A stretch of 57,043 nucleotides of DNA from Promethearchaeota archaeon (GTDB lineage Archaea; Asgardarchaeota; Lokiarchaeia; Sigyniarchaeales; SOKP01): NCBI GenBank assembly GCA_016839765.1, contig JAEOTP010000064.1, forward strand, positions 1-57,043, given 5' to 3'. The notes under the pieces were generated by a model. That model did no database searches, was not told where the DNA came from, and saw only the letters and a list, made by a program, of their open reading frames with translations. Both the position numbers and the translations under genes were made by a program. Within the stretch, counting starts at the first letter, position 1. The number at the start of each line of letters is the position of its first letter. Shown in pieces: positions 39,135 to 49,137 of the stretch.

Positions 39135-40016
39135 TTATAAACCTTTATAAATTTTAAAACCTAGACTGAGCCAATATACAATTGCTTCAACTAGTCGCTC
39201 TGGGTATTCCTCAATAATAGATTCAGGAACACGTTTTTTCAAAACATTATCGATTAAATATGGAATATCCTTTATATGCTCAACATTTTCTTCAAAATCT
39301 CTCCAAAATTGATTAGTATTTGCTAAAGATTCATCAAGAATACTTTTAGCCTCATTACCGTAATAATAACCAAAATGGTCTAAGCATAGGGTTTCATATT
39401 CAATTTTTTTAATTTTATCGATACTTTTAAGGTAAGCTTTTTGATCCCATTTAGGAGGCATAAACGGAGGAACAAATACTTTATCTGCAACTTTCATGCC
39501 GAGTACATCTCCCACGAATAAATTATTATTTTTTTCATCAAGTATAGCAATTTCATCATCCATGTGACCATGTGCTTCAAAAATTTTCAAAGTTATTCCA
39601 TCCAAATCTACAATATCCCCTTCTTTAAGGGGTGTTATTTCCTCTTCAATATTATTGTAAGGACCAGCTTCAAAAATATCATTATAGGATTGATCTCTTA
39701 AATTGGGGATTGCGGCAGCAGAGGCCAATATTTCAATTTCTTTTCCTTCTTTTTTAGCTCTCTGGCATAAAAATGGTATTGCTTGGACATGATCCCAATG
39801 AGAGTGAGTAGCAATGATCATATCAGGAGGGAATGCATTTAACTCTTTTAGTTTTTTGAGAGTTTTCCTAGTTTCAATATGAGTGCCTGCATCTATTAAG
39901 CACGATTTTCCCGCTTCTATCAAATAAATAGATAGAATACTAGGAACTCCCATCATATTTGCATCTATTAAAGTCGTATCATCATTGATTTTTCCTGGTT
40001 TTCGTATAACAGTCAT
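39135..40016 (-). CDS. Metallo-beta-lactamase fold hydrolase
   Basis: THSHWDH, GH, FVGD, DHFG. Confidence 0.9.
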   Translation of the reverse strand: MTVIRKPGKINDDTTLIDANMMGVPSILSIYLIEAGKSCLIDAGTHIETRKTLKKLKELNAFPPDMIIATHSHWDHVQAIPFLCQRAKKEGKEIEILASAAAIPNLRDQSYNDIFEAGPYNNIEEEITPLKEGDIVDLDGITLKIFEAHGHMDDEIAILDEKNNNLFVGDVLGMKVADKVFVPPFMPPKWDQKAYLKSIDKIKKIEYETLCLDHFGYYYGNEAKSILDESLANTNQFWRDFEENVEHIKDIPYLIDNVLKKRVPESIIEEYPERLVEAIVYWLSLGFKIYKGL

Positions 40017-40221
40017 TTTTTCACATCTTATATTTTATAATTAAAGATTAATTATTGAATTATTTTCTTCAGCATTTATAAACCTATTCGTTGGCAAAAT
40101 TAGTAGTAGTTTGTTTTTTATTAAAAAGAACCTCTTTTTTATTTTATATTATTTTCAAAAAGTTAATTATTTTCCAATAATTATTAACTTATTAACTAAC
40201 TAGGTAAGTATTTACGGAATT

Positions 40222-41469
40222 ATGAGTGAAAACGAAAAGGAAAAACCTGAAGAAGAAGTTTCTTCTGAGGAAGAAGAGAGGAAATCAAAAAGGAAAAGAA
40301 CAGTGAAAAAAACACAAGGCCAAATGATTCAAGAAGCACTAGGTATAAAACCTGAAGATATTCAAGATATTGAAGATAAACTGTTTATTTCTAGATTTTT
40401 AGATTATTTCGTTGAGGAAACGTTAGATTTTATTCATAGAGATCGTAGTATTGAACAGTATATGAAAAGACTAACTGATACAGTCTCTAAATTGGAAATG
40501 GGCAATGAAGAAGATAAACTCTTAAAAATCAATTATGAGGATAAGAAAGTATTTGAACTAGTTCAGAAATTGAAAGTAAGAGCAGAAGAACTTGCTTTAA
40601 GCAAGGGAATAAAGACATCCGTTGATAAACGTTTGAGGAGATTAAGTTTGATTATTACTGCTCCCCTACTTGTTGCAATCATAGGATTAATGTTCATAGA
40701 GAACCTTGATATATTATTTTTATTTCCATTACTCTGTATATTTTGTATGTTACCTCAATTATTAAGAAGCTCTGTTTTGAAAAAATGGATGAGATTCAAG
40801 GAAGAGAACAAAAATGAAGTATATACACAAAATCGGGAGGATATAATGGTTTTGAAGAGTTTTGTGAATGATATTTTAAATAATATTCGAACTAAACTGA
40901 TTGAATTAAATGTACCACTTGAATTAATTAAATTTGGGTTGTATAGTAGAGATTATGAAAATTTACAACTAATCAATCAGAGAATGATGCGAGGAGTATC
41001 TCAATTTTACTTTGTTTTTGAATATCCCGAAGGAATGGAACCATTTCCTATTCCTGAAAGTCTTCAACAATATCAACAACCATTATTCCCCGAAAAAAAG
41101 TATGAAAAGAACTTCATTGTGTTGACTGAAATGAAAGGAAAAGATGGGATAATCCAAACTTTTGTCCCTAGTCTAAAAGATAAACTTGCGAAACAAATAA
41201 ATCAAATGTTAAACGATTCAGAATTCTCAGAATCACCTTTAAATTTTAAAGAGATTATTCCTGATTATTCTAAAGAAATGGGCATCTATTGTGTTTGTGG
41301 CGAATTAGCTAATATTACAAATGTGCAAATCTGTAATTGGAAGAACCAGTTTAAGTATTACTTATTTCAAGGAAAACAATGTAAGTGCGGCGAGAGCATT
41401 TATGCGGTTTCTGTAATGGATGAACAAGCCGAAATTCCAGAAGAACTAAAAGAAATTTTCTTAGACTAA
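40222..41469 (+). CDS. Hypothetical membrane protein (2 TM) with C-terminal Cys motifs
   Basis: TM hairpin; YCVCGE and QCKCGE putative Zn ribbon. Confidence 0.75.
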   Translation: MSENEKEKPEEEVSSEEEERKSKRKRTVKKTQGQMIQEALGIKPEDIQDIEDKLFISRFLDYFVEETLDFIHRDRSIEQYMKRLTDTVSKLEMGNEEDKLLKINYEDKKVFELVQKLKVRAEELALSKGIKTSVDKRLRRLSLIITAPLLVAIIGLMFIENLDILFLFPLLCIFCMLPQLLRSSVLKKWMRFKEENKNEVYTQNREDIMVLKSFVNDILNNIRTKLIELNVPLELIKFGLYSRDYENLQLINQRMMRGVSQFYFVFEYPEGMEPFPIPESLQQYQQPLFPEKKYEKNFIVLTEMKGKDGIIQTFVPSLKDKLAKQINQMLNDSEFSESPLNFKEIIPDYSKEMGIYCVCGELANITNVQICNWKNQFKYYLFQGKQCKCGESIYAVSVMDEQAEIPEELKEIFLD

Positions 41470-41472
41470 ATT

Positions 41473-42822
41473 TTATTTCTTTTTTATTTTTGAATAATAA
41501 TCATATAATAGTTTATAAGAACGAACTGCTCGTTCAACTTCATTTTCGAAAAGAGGAATTTTTAATTCTGTCGCTGTTTTTATAACTCTTTTTGCGCCTT
41601 CGTGTTCTGCTTGAATCAAAATTATAATAATGGGTTTATGTGGAAATTTTGATTTTAATGAAGCGTATATCCCTACATCGAACTCTATTTCGATAAAGAA
41701 TTCTAAAGCTAAAATTAAACCATCTACAGAATTGTCTTCTAATAGGGCTTGTGATGCTGTATTATATATTCCACAAATCTTGATACCAATAAACTTTTCA
41801 GGGGGCCAAAAATCTACTGGATTACCAAAAGCACAAGTTGATCCTCCCACTTTATCGGTAATTATATCTCTTGATTGCTTACTTGGTCGTGCAAGCGATA
41901 AATGTTGTTTTCTCATTTCTCTAACTATTAAATGGATAGCTCCTGATGAGGGCCCTATTAAACCTAATTTTGGACCTTTTGGTTCGGGGCACCATAAAAA
42001 TATTTTTGCAATCTCAAAAAGTTCAATGTAATTAAAGACTTCAATACCTCCAGCTTTCTTCAATTCTTTTTCTTTTAATTCTTCTTTTCCCACATAAAAA
42101 AACAGGATAGGTTTAAGAGGAGCCACATTTTTTACTGCTTCGACTAATTCATCTGTGATCTCTCTTAAAAAAAGGGAAATCACTTTTGTCGTTTCATCCT
42201 TTAAGAAAAATTCAAGGATATCTGCTTCATTTATATGATAACCTTTTCCTAAATGAATCACTTTGGAAATAGGTAACCTTTGGGAAGGCGTCCACCAGCC
42301 CATAGCTCCCGCAAGACCTCCACTTTGAGCAATGAAACTTATACCTTCTTTTATGTTTTTGTTCTCCCGCATAATATGTTGTCTTACTGGAATAATTGAG
42401 GTTGTAAAGTTATCAATAAAATTAATCACACCAAGCATTGATGGCCCTAGATAAGTAATAGCATATTTTTCGCATATTTGGTGTAACTTTATTGTTGTAT
42501 CACTAGTATTCATACCAGGTTTTAATTCTGTTTGAATAGCAATATATTTTACTCCCATTCTACCTAAACTCTCTACAATCTCTAGTATATTTTTTCCTAA
42601 TACTATTACTGCAAGTTCAGGTACTTCAGGGAGTTCTTCAAAGGAATGATATGATTGAAGTCCTAAAATTTCCCCAGCATTTGGATTCAGAATATAAAGT
42701 TTTCCTTGATAAAATATTTCTAATAGATTTTTTAACACTGTATAGCTGAAAGATAATGCTTTTCTAGATACTCCAATAATTAGCACGCTTTTGGGATTGA
42801 AAAAAGGCTCAAGATTTTTCAA
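41473..42822 (-). CDS. ADP-forming acyl-CoA synthetase alpha-subunit homolog (CoA-binding), lacking the phospho-His loop
   Basis: FFNPKSVLIIGVS, LGPSMLG, AQSGG, NPVD are present; no SHTG motif after KPI. Confidence 0.8.
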   Translation of the reverse strand: MKNLEPFFNPKSVLIIGVSRKALSFSYTVLKNLLEIFYQGKLYILNPNAGEILGLQSYHSFEELPEVPELAVIVLGKNILEIVESLGRMGVKYIAIQTELKPGMNTSDTTIKLHQICEKYAITYLGPSMLGVINFIDNFTTSIIPVRQHIMRENKNIKEGISFIAQSGGLAGAMGWWTPSQRLPISKVIHLGKGYHINEADILEFFLKDETTKVISLFLREITDELVEAVKNVAPLKPILFFYVGKEELKEKELKKAGGIEVFNYIELFEIAKIFLWCPEPKGPKLGLIGPSSGAIHLIVREMRKQHLSLARPSKQSRDIITDKVGGSTCAFGNPVDFWPPEKFIGIKICGIYNTASQALLEDNSVDGLILALEFFIEIEFDVGIYASLKSKFPHKPIIIILIQAEHEGAKRVIKTATELKIPLFENEVERAVRSYKLLYDYYSKIKKK

Positions 42823-42914
42823 GATTTTATTAATACTCTTAATTAGTTTATCTTTAGTTATGTTATTAGAGAAATTGGATTATTAAAAAGTTGATGTTGA
42901 TATTTATTTTATTT

Positions 42915-43919
42915 TTATTTCTTCAAAGAATATGCTTTTAATACAAATTCTACTGCTTTCCTTCCGTCATTAAAATCTGGATGTTCCTGTTTTTTATTTA
43001 ATACACAAGTAATAAAGTGATTTATTAATTCGTATTGATTATTCATTCGAGACTCTTTATGAGAAAGAGCTTTTTTAAAGATTGGTTTTTTCTTTAATTT
43101 TAAGGGTCTATAATAAATGATTTTTTTTGTTCGTAAATCAATATTGAATATTCCTTTTGTTCCATAAAGTTTTAATACCTCAAGTGGTTCTAAACACCAT
43201 GATACTGAAATTATTCCTGTTACATCATTATGAAATTTAAATAATACACTAGAAGTATCTTCATCTTTCATATCAATACAATGAGTATTGAAATCAATTC
43301 CCTTAATTTCAGAATATTCCCCTACAAGATATCTGAGAAGATCTACACAATGTACTCCTAGATCTAATAGAACTCCTCCACCTGCCTTTTCAGAATTAAA
43401 AAACCACTTCTCCTCTGACATTGCTTGCCAAGATTTATAGGGACCATAATGGCTTAAATGATAATCAACAAGAAGTAATTTCCCAATAATTTCATTAGTA
43501 ATAATTTTTTTAATTAGAGGTAAAAATGAAATATACCTTTTCTGGAATGAAGTAAAAAAAATTATCCTCTTATTCTTTAACCTTTTTTCTACCTCAATTA
43601 ATTGTTTATTTGTGACACATATAGGTTTTTCGCAGAGAATATTAATATTATTATCAACTGCTTCAATTGTCATAGGCGCATGGAGAAAATTCGGTGTGCA
43701 TATGCTCACAACATCTAAATTTTCATTTCTTAGCATATTGTGCCATTCTTCACCAATATATATATTCGGAATATTAAATTTATCAGCAGCATTTTTTGCA
43801 TGTTTTAAAGTACGAGAAGCAATAGCTACTAACTCACAATTAGGATTCTTTTGATATCCTTCTAAATGAATAGTACCAAATCCTCCAGCTCCTATTAAAC
43901 CTACTCTTAATTTCTTAAT
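42915..43919 (-). CDS. Gfo/Idh/MocA oxidoreductase; probable ATT start
   Basis: CTPNFLH, LCEKP, GGGVLLDLGVH. The N-terminal Rossmann motif xKKLRVGLIGAGGFG is in frame 61 codons upstream of the called ATG and is bounded by TAA. Confidence 0.88.
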   Translation of the reverse strand: MKKLRVGLIGAGGFGTIHLEGYQKNPNCELVAIASRTLKHAKNAADKFNIPNIYIGEEWHNMLRNENLDVVSICTPNFLHAPMTIEAVDNNINILCEKPICVTNKQLIEVEKRLKNKRIIFFTSFQKRYISFLPLIKKIITNEIIGKLLLVDYHLSHYGPYKSWQAMSEEKWFFNSEKAGGGVLLDLGVHCVDLLRYLVGEYSEIKGIDFNTHCIDMKDEDTSSVLFKFHNDVTGIISVSWCLEPLEVLKLYGTKGIFNIDLRTKKIIYYRPLKLKKKPIFKKALSHKESRMNNQYELINHFITCVLNKKQEHPDFNDGRKAVEFVLKAYSLKK

Positions 43920-43993
43920 TGATTACCACGTGAGTGAGGTGAATTAATAATATCAAATTAATTAAATAGAGAAGTTATAAACATAAATTAAAA

Positions 43994-44620
43994 TTATGTT
44001 AAAGCAACCTCATATAAAGGAACTTCTTTTCGCTTTTTAGCATCATAAAGAGGAAGCCCAGATTTTTTGAAGAATTCTGGTGATTTATATTGTAGAATGA
44101 CTATAGAACAGGGACTGGATATTTTCATTGATGCCACTCGTAATCTATCTCTAACCAAGGGGAGATTCTTTAAAGATGTGCCTACTTCACATATTATTGA
44201 GCCCGCCCGGACTCTGGCACACACACCTGTGGATCGTCCAAACGAGTTTCTCATTCCGCTTTGAACCCGATCAGCTCCAGCAAATGCTAACATCCGATTT
44301 TCACGATATTTTTGAAATGGTTTTGGCCTTACTCTAAATCTATAATTCGATCTACCTAAGTATTTTTGTAAAGCGCTGTTTACCGTGATACGAATCGCTT
44401 CAAGAGCATTTGCAGATATTTGACTTTGATTATCACATTTCAAGCCAGCAACAAGCTCAAAATCTTCCCAAGGGACCAACTTTGCACCTCCCCAGTATCG
44501 TTGTATCTTTGATTGAGCTCCACCACGCGCAAATTCCCTTCTACGATTAGAGGAACGTTTGTATTGAAAAGGGCGTCTACTCCAGCTCGAATAACATCTC
44601 CAAGGACGACGATGAGCCAT
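43994..44620 (-). CDS. rpl10e: 50S ribosomal protein uL16 (archaeal/eukaryotic L10e type)
   Basis: RRPWRCY, ALEAIRI, RENRML..AGADRVQSGMRNSFG...G.CARV. Confidence 0.95.
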   Translation of the reverse strand: MAHRRPWRCYSSWSRRPFQYKRSSNRRREFARGGAQSKIQRYWGGAKLVPWEDFELVAGLKCDNQSQISANALEAIRITVNSALQKYLGRSNYRFRVRPKPFQKYRENRMLAFAGADRVQSGMRNSFGRSTGVCARVRAGSIICEVGTSLKNLPLVRDRLRVASMKISSPCSIVILQYKSPEFFKKSGLPLYDAKKRKEVPLYEVALT

Positions 44621-44764
44621 TTATTTTCCTCTCGTTTAAATAATTTTGCTAATTTTTTTACAATTAATAAGAAATAAAAATAAATATACTTATTAAATTA
44701 ATTCCATGAAGAATAGTTAAAAAATTTTATTAAATTGGGATGCTAAGAAAGGTTTTTCGATATT

Positions 44765-45901
44765 ATGATTGATAATTATAATGCTTTTATTAAGAAATCA
44801 GAATTATTATGTAAAGGATTATATCTTGATGAAGAGCTAATTAATCATTATAAAGAGCAAGGTGTTGAAATCGATTTTGGTCGAAAAGGAGGAGCGGGGC
44901 CCCTTGGAGGGCGCTACTTTTTATTTGAAAATGGGATTTTGGTAAATGTTGCTCTTTGGGATAACATAAACCGGACAGATTTAGTATTAAAGGAGAATCT
45001 TGAAGGATATTTTGAAGTTTTTAATATAGAAAAGAATGATTTTTTTGGTAAATTAAAACTTGTTCAAAATCCGGAATATTATAAACCAATGTATAAGACT
45101 TCCGATGGTATTCCAATGAAAAAAATCGCATTAGTTCATGGTGTAAATTGTTTAGCTAGTACAATATATCAACAATGTGTGTATTGGGCTTGTGGGGAAG
45201 GATGTAAATTCTGCGGTATTGAATTGAGCCTACATTCAGAAGATACAATTTTAGAAAAAAGTCCCCAACAAATGGTCGAAGTAATTGAAGTAGCGAAAAA
45301 GGAAAAAAGATGCGATCATATGACATTAACTAGTGGTACCGATGAAACCAAAGATAAGGGTGCTAATCGATATATAGAGCTTTTAACGGAAATTAAAAAA
45401 TATTATCCTGATCTTCCTTTACATGTTCAAATTGAACCATTAAAAGATTTATCATATATTCATAAACTAAAGAAGGCTGGAGCTGATACAATTGGAATCC
45501 ATATTGAAGTGCTTGATGACACAATCAGAAAAAAAATTACACCAGGTAAGTATCATATTCCGTATAAACAATTTAAAAGAAATTGGGAAAATGCTATTGA
45601 GATATTCGGCGATAACCAGGTTGAAACCTATGTTTTAACTGGGTTTGGAGAAGACTATAATAAATTAATATCGGATATAGCAAAAGTAGTCTCTTTAGGC
45701 ATAATCCCATTTATAACACCCGTGAGATCTATTCCGGGAAGAAATAATTTGCCTATAACGGATCACAGATTATTAGTTAAAATTTATCAGAAAGCAGCTA
45801 ATTTAATGAAACAATATGGAGTGAATCCCTTGGAAAATAAAGCTGGTTGTGTGAGATGTGGAGGTTGTTCAGCTATAAATGAAGCATATAAAGTTGCTTA
45901 A
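44765..45901 (+). CDS. Radical SAM protein (MSMEG_0568-like family)
   Basis: GRKGGAGP, KIALVHG..LAST, C-x8-CKFC, C-terminal AGCVRCGGCS. Confidence 0.82.
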   Translation: MIDNYNAFIKKSELLCKGLYLDEELINHYKEQGVEIDFGRKGGAGPLGGRYFLFENGILVNVALWDNINRTDLVLKENLEGYFEVFNIEKNDFFGKLKLVQNPEYYKPMYKTSDGIPMKKIALVHGVNCLASTIYQQCVYWACGEGCKFCGIELSLHSEDTILEKSPQQMVEVIEVAKKEKRCDHMTLTSGTDETKDKGANRYIELLTEIKKYYPDLPLHVQIEPLKDLSYIHKLKKAGADTIGIHIEVLDDTIRKKITPGKYHIPYKQFKRNWENAIEIFGDNQVETYVLTGFGEDYNKLISDIAKVVSLGIIPFITPVRSIPGRNNLPITDHRLLVKIYQKAANLMKQYGVNPLENKAGCVRCGGCSAINEAYKVA

Positions 45902-46052
45902 ATTAATGTCTTTTTTAAAATAAAACTAGATTTAATACTAAACTTAATAAAAAAAGTTAATAAATTTATTTTATTATCAAGATTGTAGATTTGTATTATT
46001 AAAGAGATTTAGTGGAAATATTTATTATAATTAATTAAATAGGAAAAAATAT

Positions 46053-47687
46053 ATGACTGAAATTGATGAAAGTAAGACTTTAAAACCAACTAAAGGAGAA
46101 AGAAAAGAAAAATTTCGAAACCTTTCCAACATTGAAATAAAAAAATTATATATGCCAGATCATATTCAGGATTTAAATTATGTAATGGATTTAGGAGAAC
46201 CTGGACAGTATCCTTTTACACGTGGAGCATATAAGAATATGTATCGTGGCCGTCTTTGGACAATGAGACAATTTGCGGGATTTGGAAATGCTGAGCAAAC
46301 AAATCAACGCTATAAATTTTTGCTAGAACATGGTCAAACAGGACTAAGTGTAGCCTTTAGTTTGCATACCATATACGGAATTGAAGCAGTGGATGAGAAA
46401 GCTTTAGGAGAGATAGGAAAGGAAGGAGTTAGTATTGATACTCTTAAGGATATGGAAATCTTGTTTGCTGGTATAGATCTTTCTAAAATTAGCACATCTA
46501 TGACTATAAATGGACCAGCTTCAATTTTGTTGGCTCTTTACATTGTAACTGCTGAAAATCAAGGCCATACTCCGGATCAATTAAGAGGTACTATACAAAA
46601 TGACATACTGAAAGAATATATAGCACAAAAATCATGGATTTTCCCACCTGAACCTTCTATGAGACTTATTGTAGATACTATTGAATATTGTACAAAAAAC
46701 GTACCTCAATGGTACACAATATCTATTAGCGGATATCACATTCGTGAAGCAGGATCAACAGCGGTACAAGAGTTAGCATTTACATTAGCAGATGGATTTG
46801 CTTATGTTGAAGCTGCTATGGAAAGGGGTTTGGATGTAGATGATTTTGCTCCAAGATTATCTTTCTTTTTCAATTCCCATAACAATCTTTTCGAAGAAGT
46901 TGCAAAATATAGAGCTGCTAGAAGAATATGGGCACGACACATGAAAAATAAGTACGGAGCAAAGAAAGCAGAATCTATGAGACTAAGATTTCATACACAA
47001 ACCGCGGGTGTTTCATTAACAGCTCAAGAACCTGAGAATAATATTGTTAGAGTAACTCTTCAGGGTTTAGCTGCAGTTCTTGGTGGTACTCAATCTTTAC
47101 ACACTAATTCTTTCGATGAAGCATTATGTCTTCCGACTGAGAAGGCTGCAAAAATAGCATTAAGAACTCAACAAATTATTGCTCATGAATCCGGAGTAGC
47201 TGACACAGTTGACCCACTTGCTGGTAGTTATTATGTCGAGTGGCTAACAAATAAAATGGAAGAAGAAGCTGAAGCTTATTTCCAGAGAATTGAAGAATTC
47301 GGGGGAGTTATTCCAGCGATTAAAGCTAATTTTTTCCAAAAAGAAATCGCAAATGCATCTTACAAATATCAAAAAGAAGTTGAAAATAAAGAAAGAATTA
47401 TAGTTGGAGTCAACGATTTTTCACAAAAGGAACCTTGCTCTACTCCTTTATTAAAAATTGATGAGGAAATTGGCAAACAACAAGTAGAATCATTACAGAA
47501 AATTAAACAAGAAAGAAATAATGAAATGCTTAAAGAAAAATTAGAAAAACTTAAAAAAGCTGCGGAAGGAACAGAAAACTTGATGTCTTACATCATTGAT
47601 GCCGTAAGAGAATACGCCTCTATTGGTGAAATAATCAACACTTTAAAGGATGTATTTGGAACTTATCATGAAGATTCAATATATTAA
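46053..47687 (+). CDS. B12-dependent acyl-CoA mutase large subunit, isobutyryl-CoA-mutase-like
   Basis: [51 protein letters not shown]. Confidence 0.92.
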   Translation: MTEIDESKTLKPTKGERKEKFRNLSNIEIKKLYMPDHIQDLNYVMDLGEPGQYPFTRGAYKNMYRGRLWTMRQFAGFGNAEQTNQRYKFLLEHGQTGLSVAFSLHTIYGIEAVDEKALGEIGKEGVSIDTLKDMEILFAGIDLSKISTSMTINGPASILLALYIVTAENQGHTPDQLRGTIQNDILKEYIAQKSWIFPPEPSMRLIVDTIEYCTKNVPQWYTISISGYHIREAGSTAVQELAFTLADGFAYVEAAMERGLDVDDFAPRLSFFFNSHNNLFEEVAKYRAARRIWARHMKNKYGAKKAESMRLRFHTQTAGVSLTAQEPENNIVRVTLQGLAAVLGGTQSLHTNSFDEALCLPTEKAAKIALRTQQIIAHESGVADTVDPLAGSYYVEWLTNKMEEEAEAYFQRIEEFGGVIPAIKANFFQKEIANASYKYQKEVENKERIIVGVNDFSQKEPCSTPLLKIDEEIGKQQVESLQKIKQERNNEMLKEKLEKLKKAAEGTENLMSYIIDAVREYASIGEIINTLKDVFGTYHEDSIY

Positions 47688-47702
47688 GGAGGATATAATT
47701 AT

Positions 47703-48104
47703 ATGCCAGAAGGAAGAAAAATTAAGGTAGTAGTTTGTAAACCAGGATTGGATGGACATGATAGAGGAGCGAAAGTTCTTGCTCGAGCTTTAAGAGACGC
47801 AGGGATGGAGGTAATATACACAGGGATTCACAACACTCCAGAAGACATTGTAAATACGGTTATTCAAGAGGATCCTGATGTAGTTATGCTAAGCATGTTA
47901 TCAGGCGCTCATAATGCACTATGTCCAGTTATAATGGAAAAATTAAAAGAAAATGGAATAGATGATGTTCTAGTAGCTGTTGGTGGTATTATTCCAAATG
48001 AAGATAAACCTTTTCTTGAGAAACATGGGTTAAAGGGATTTCATGGTCCTGGAACTGAGTTAAAGACCATTGTAGAATTTGTAAAGAACAACCTTAAGAG
48101 ATAA
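47703..48104 (+). CDS. Acyl-CoA mutase cobalamin-binding small subunit
   Basis: KPGLDGHDRGAK, S.LSGAH, GGIIP. Confidence 0.95.
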   Translation: MPEGRKIKVVVCKPGLDGHDRGAKVLARALRDAGMEVIYTGIHNTPEDIVNTVIQEDPDVVMLSMLSGAHNALCPVIMEKLKENGIDDVLVAVGGIIPNEDKPFLEKHGLKGFHGPGTELKTIVEFVKNNLKR

Positions 48105-48111
48105 GTAGTCA

Positions 48112-49104
48112 ATGGATTATTCAGATTTAATTAAAAGACTTTTAAATAACGAACCGAGAGCTGCAGCGCGTTTAATTACCATTGTAGAAAATGATATTAC
48201 TGCTGCTGAAGAAATAATTAATTCTATTTATAAATATACTGGTAATGCTTATATTCTTGGAGTAACTGGAGCTCCTGGTAGCGGAAAATCTACTTTTATC
48301 TCAACTTTAACTAAAATTCTAGTTGAACAAGGTAAAAAACTAGGTATTATTTGCGTCGATCCAACTTCACCTCTTACTGGAGGGGCACTTTTAGGTGACC
48401 GTATTAGAATGAAGGAACATTTTACCTTAAATAATCTGTTCATAAGAAGCATGGCAAACAGAGGGCAATTAGGAGGATTAGCTAGGGCTACTGAAGATGT
48501 TATTAAAATATTAGATGTGTATGGTTGTGATATTGTTATCGTAGAGACTGTGGGCGTAGGACAGTCTGAGGTTGACATCTTCAAATCTGCTCAAACGGTC
48601 GCCGTATTACTTCAACCCGAAGTAGGGGATGATATCCAAGCAATAAAGGCAGGAATTATGGAAATTACTGATATCTTTGTGGTAAATAAGATGGATCTTC
48701 CAGGTGTGGATCGAAAAGTAGCTGAAATTTCCCAAATGCTAGAACTGGAATCAAGTTTTAAATATAGCTCAGATGATTTTTCCAAAGAATTTACTAAAAT
48801 CCGAAAATGGACACCTGAAATAGTAAAAGTAAATTCAAAAACAGGAGAAAATTTTGATATATTTCTAGAAATTGTTGATCACCATAAAAATTTCCTTAAG
48901 GAAACAAGTATTATTGAAAGCTACGAAAAAAATAGAATTAAAAATGAAACATTACAGATTTTAAAACATAAACTAACCAAAAAAGTAGAAAAATTAATTT
49001 CATCTAATTCTGAAATAGAAAAATACATTAATTTAGTGATGGATAAAAGCTTGGATCCGTATTCAATGGCTAATCTAATAATAAAGTTGCTTGGAATTGA
49101 ATAA
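48112..49104 (+). CDS. meaB: MeaB/ArgK mutase-associated GTPase chaperone
   Basis: GAPGSGKST, VDPTSP..GGALLGDRIRM, ETVGVGQSE, NKMD. Confidence 0.93.
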   Translation: MDYSDLIKRLLNNEPRAAARLITIVENDITAAEEIINSIYKYTGNAYILGVTGAPGSGKSTFISTLTKILVEQGKKLGIICVDPTSPLTGGALLGDRIRMKEHFTLNNLFIRSMANRGQLGGLARATEDVIKILDVYGCDIVIVETVGVGQSEVDIFKSAQTVAVLLQPEVGDDIQAIKAGIMEITDIFVVNKMDLPGVDRKVAEISQMLELESSFKYSSDDFSKEFTKIRKWTPEIVKVNSKTGENFDIFLEIVDHHKNFLKETSIIESYEKNRIKNETLQILKHKLTKKVEKLISSNSEIEKYINLVMDKSLDPYSMANLIIKLLGIE

Positions 49105-49137
49105 ACAGCGAAAAGATATTTTATTTTTTCTCTTTTA

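Noticed and set aside
43921-43945. GC-richer patch between rpl10e and the oxidoreductase as an ncRNA
   Set aside because: Only a weak 3-5 bp hairpin; too short to support.
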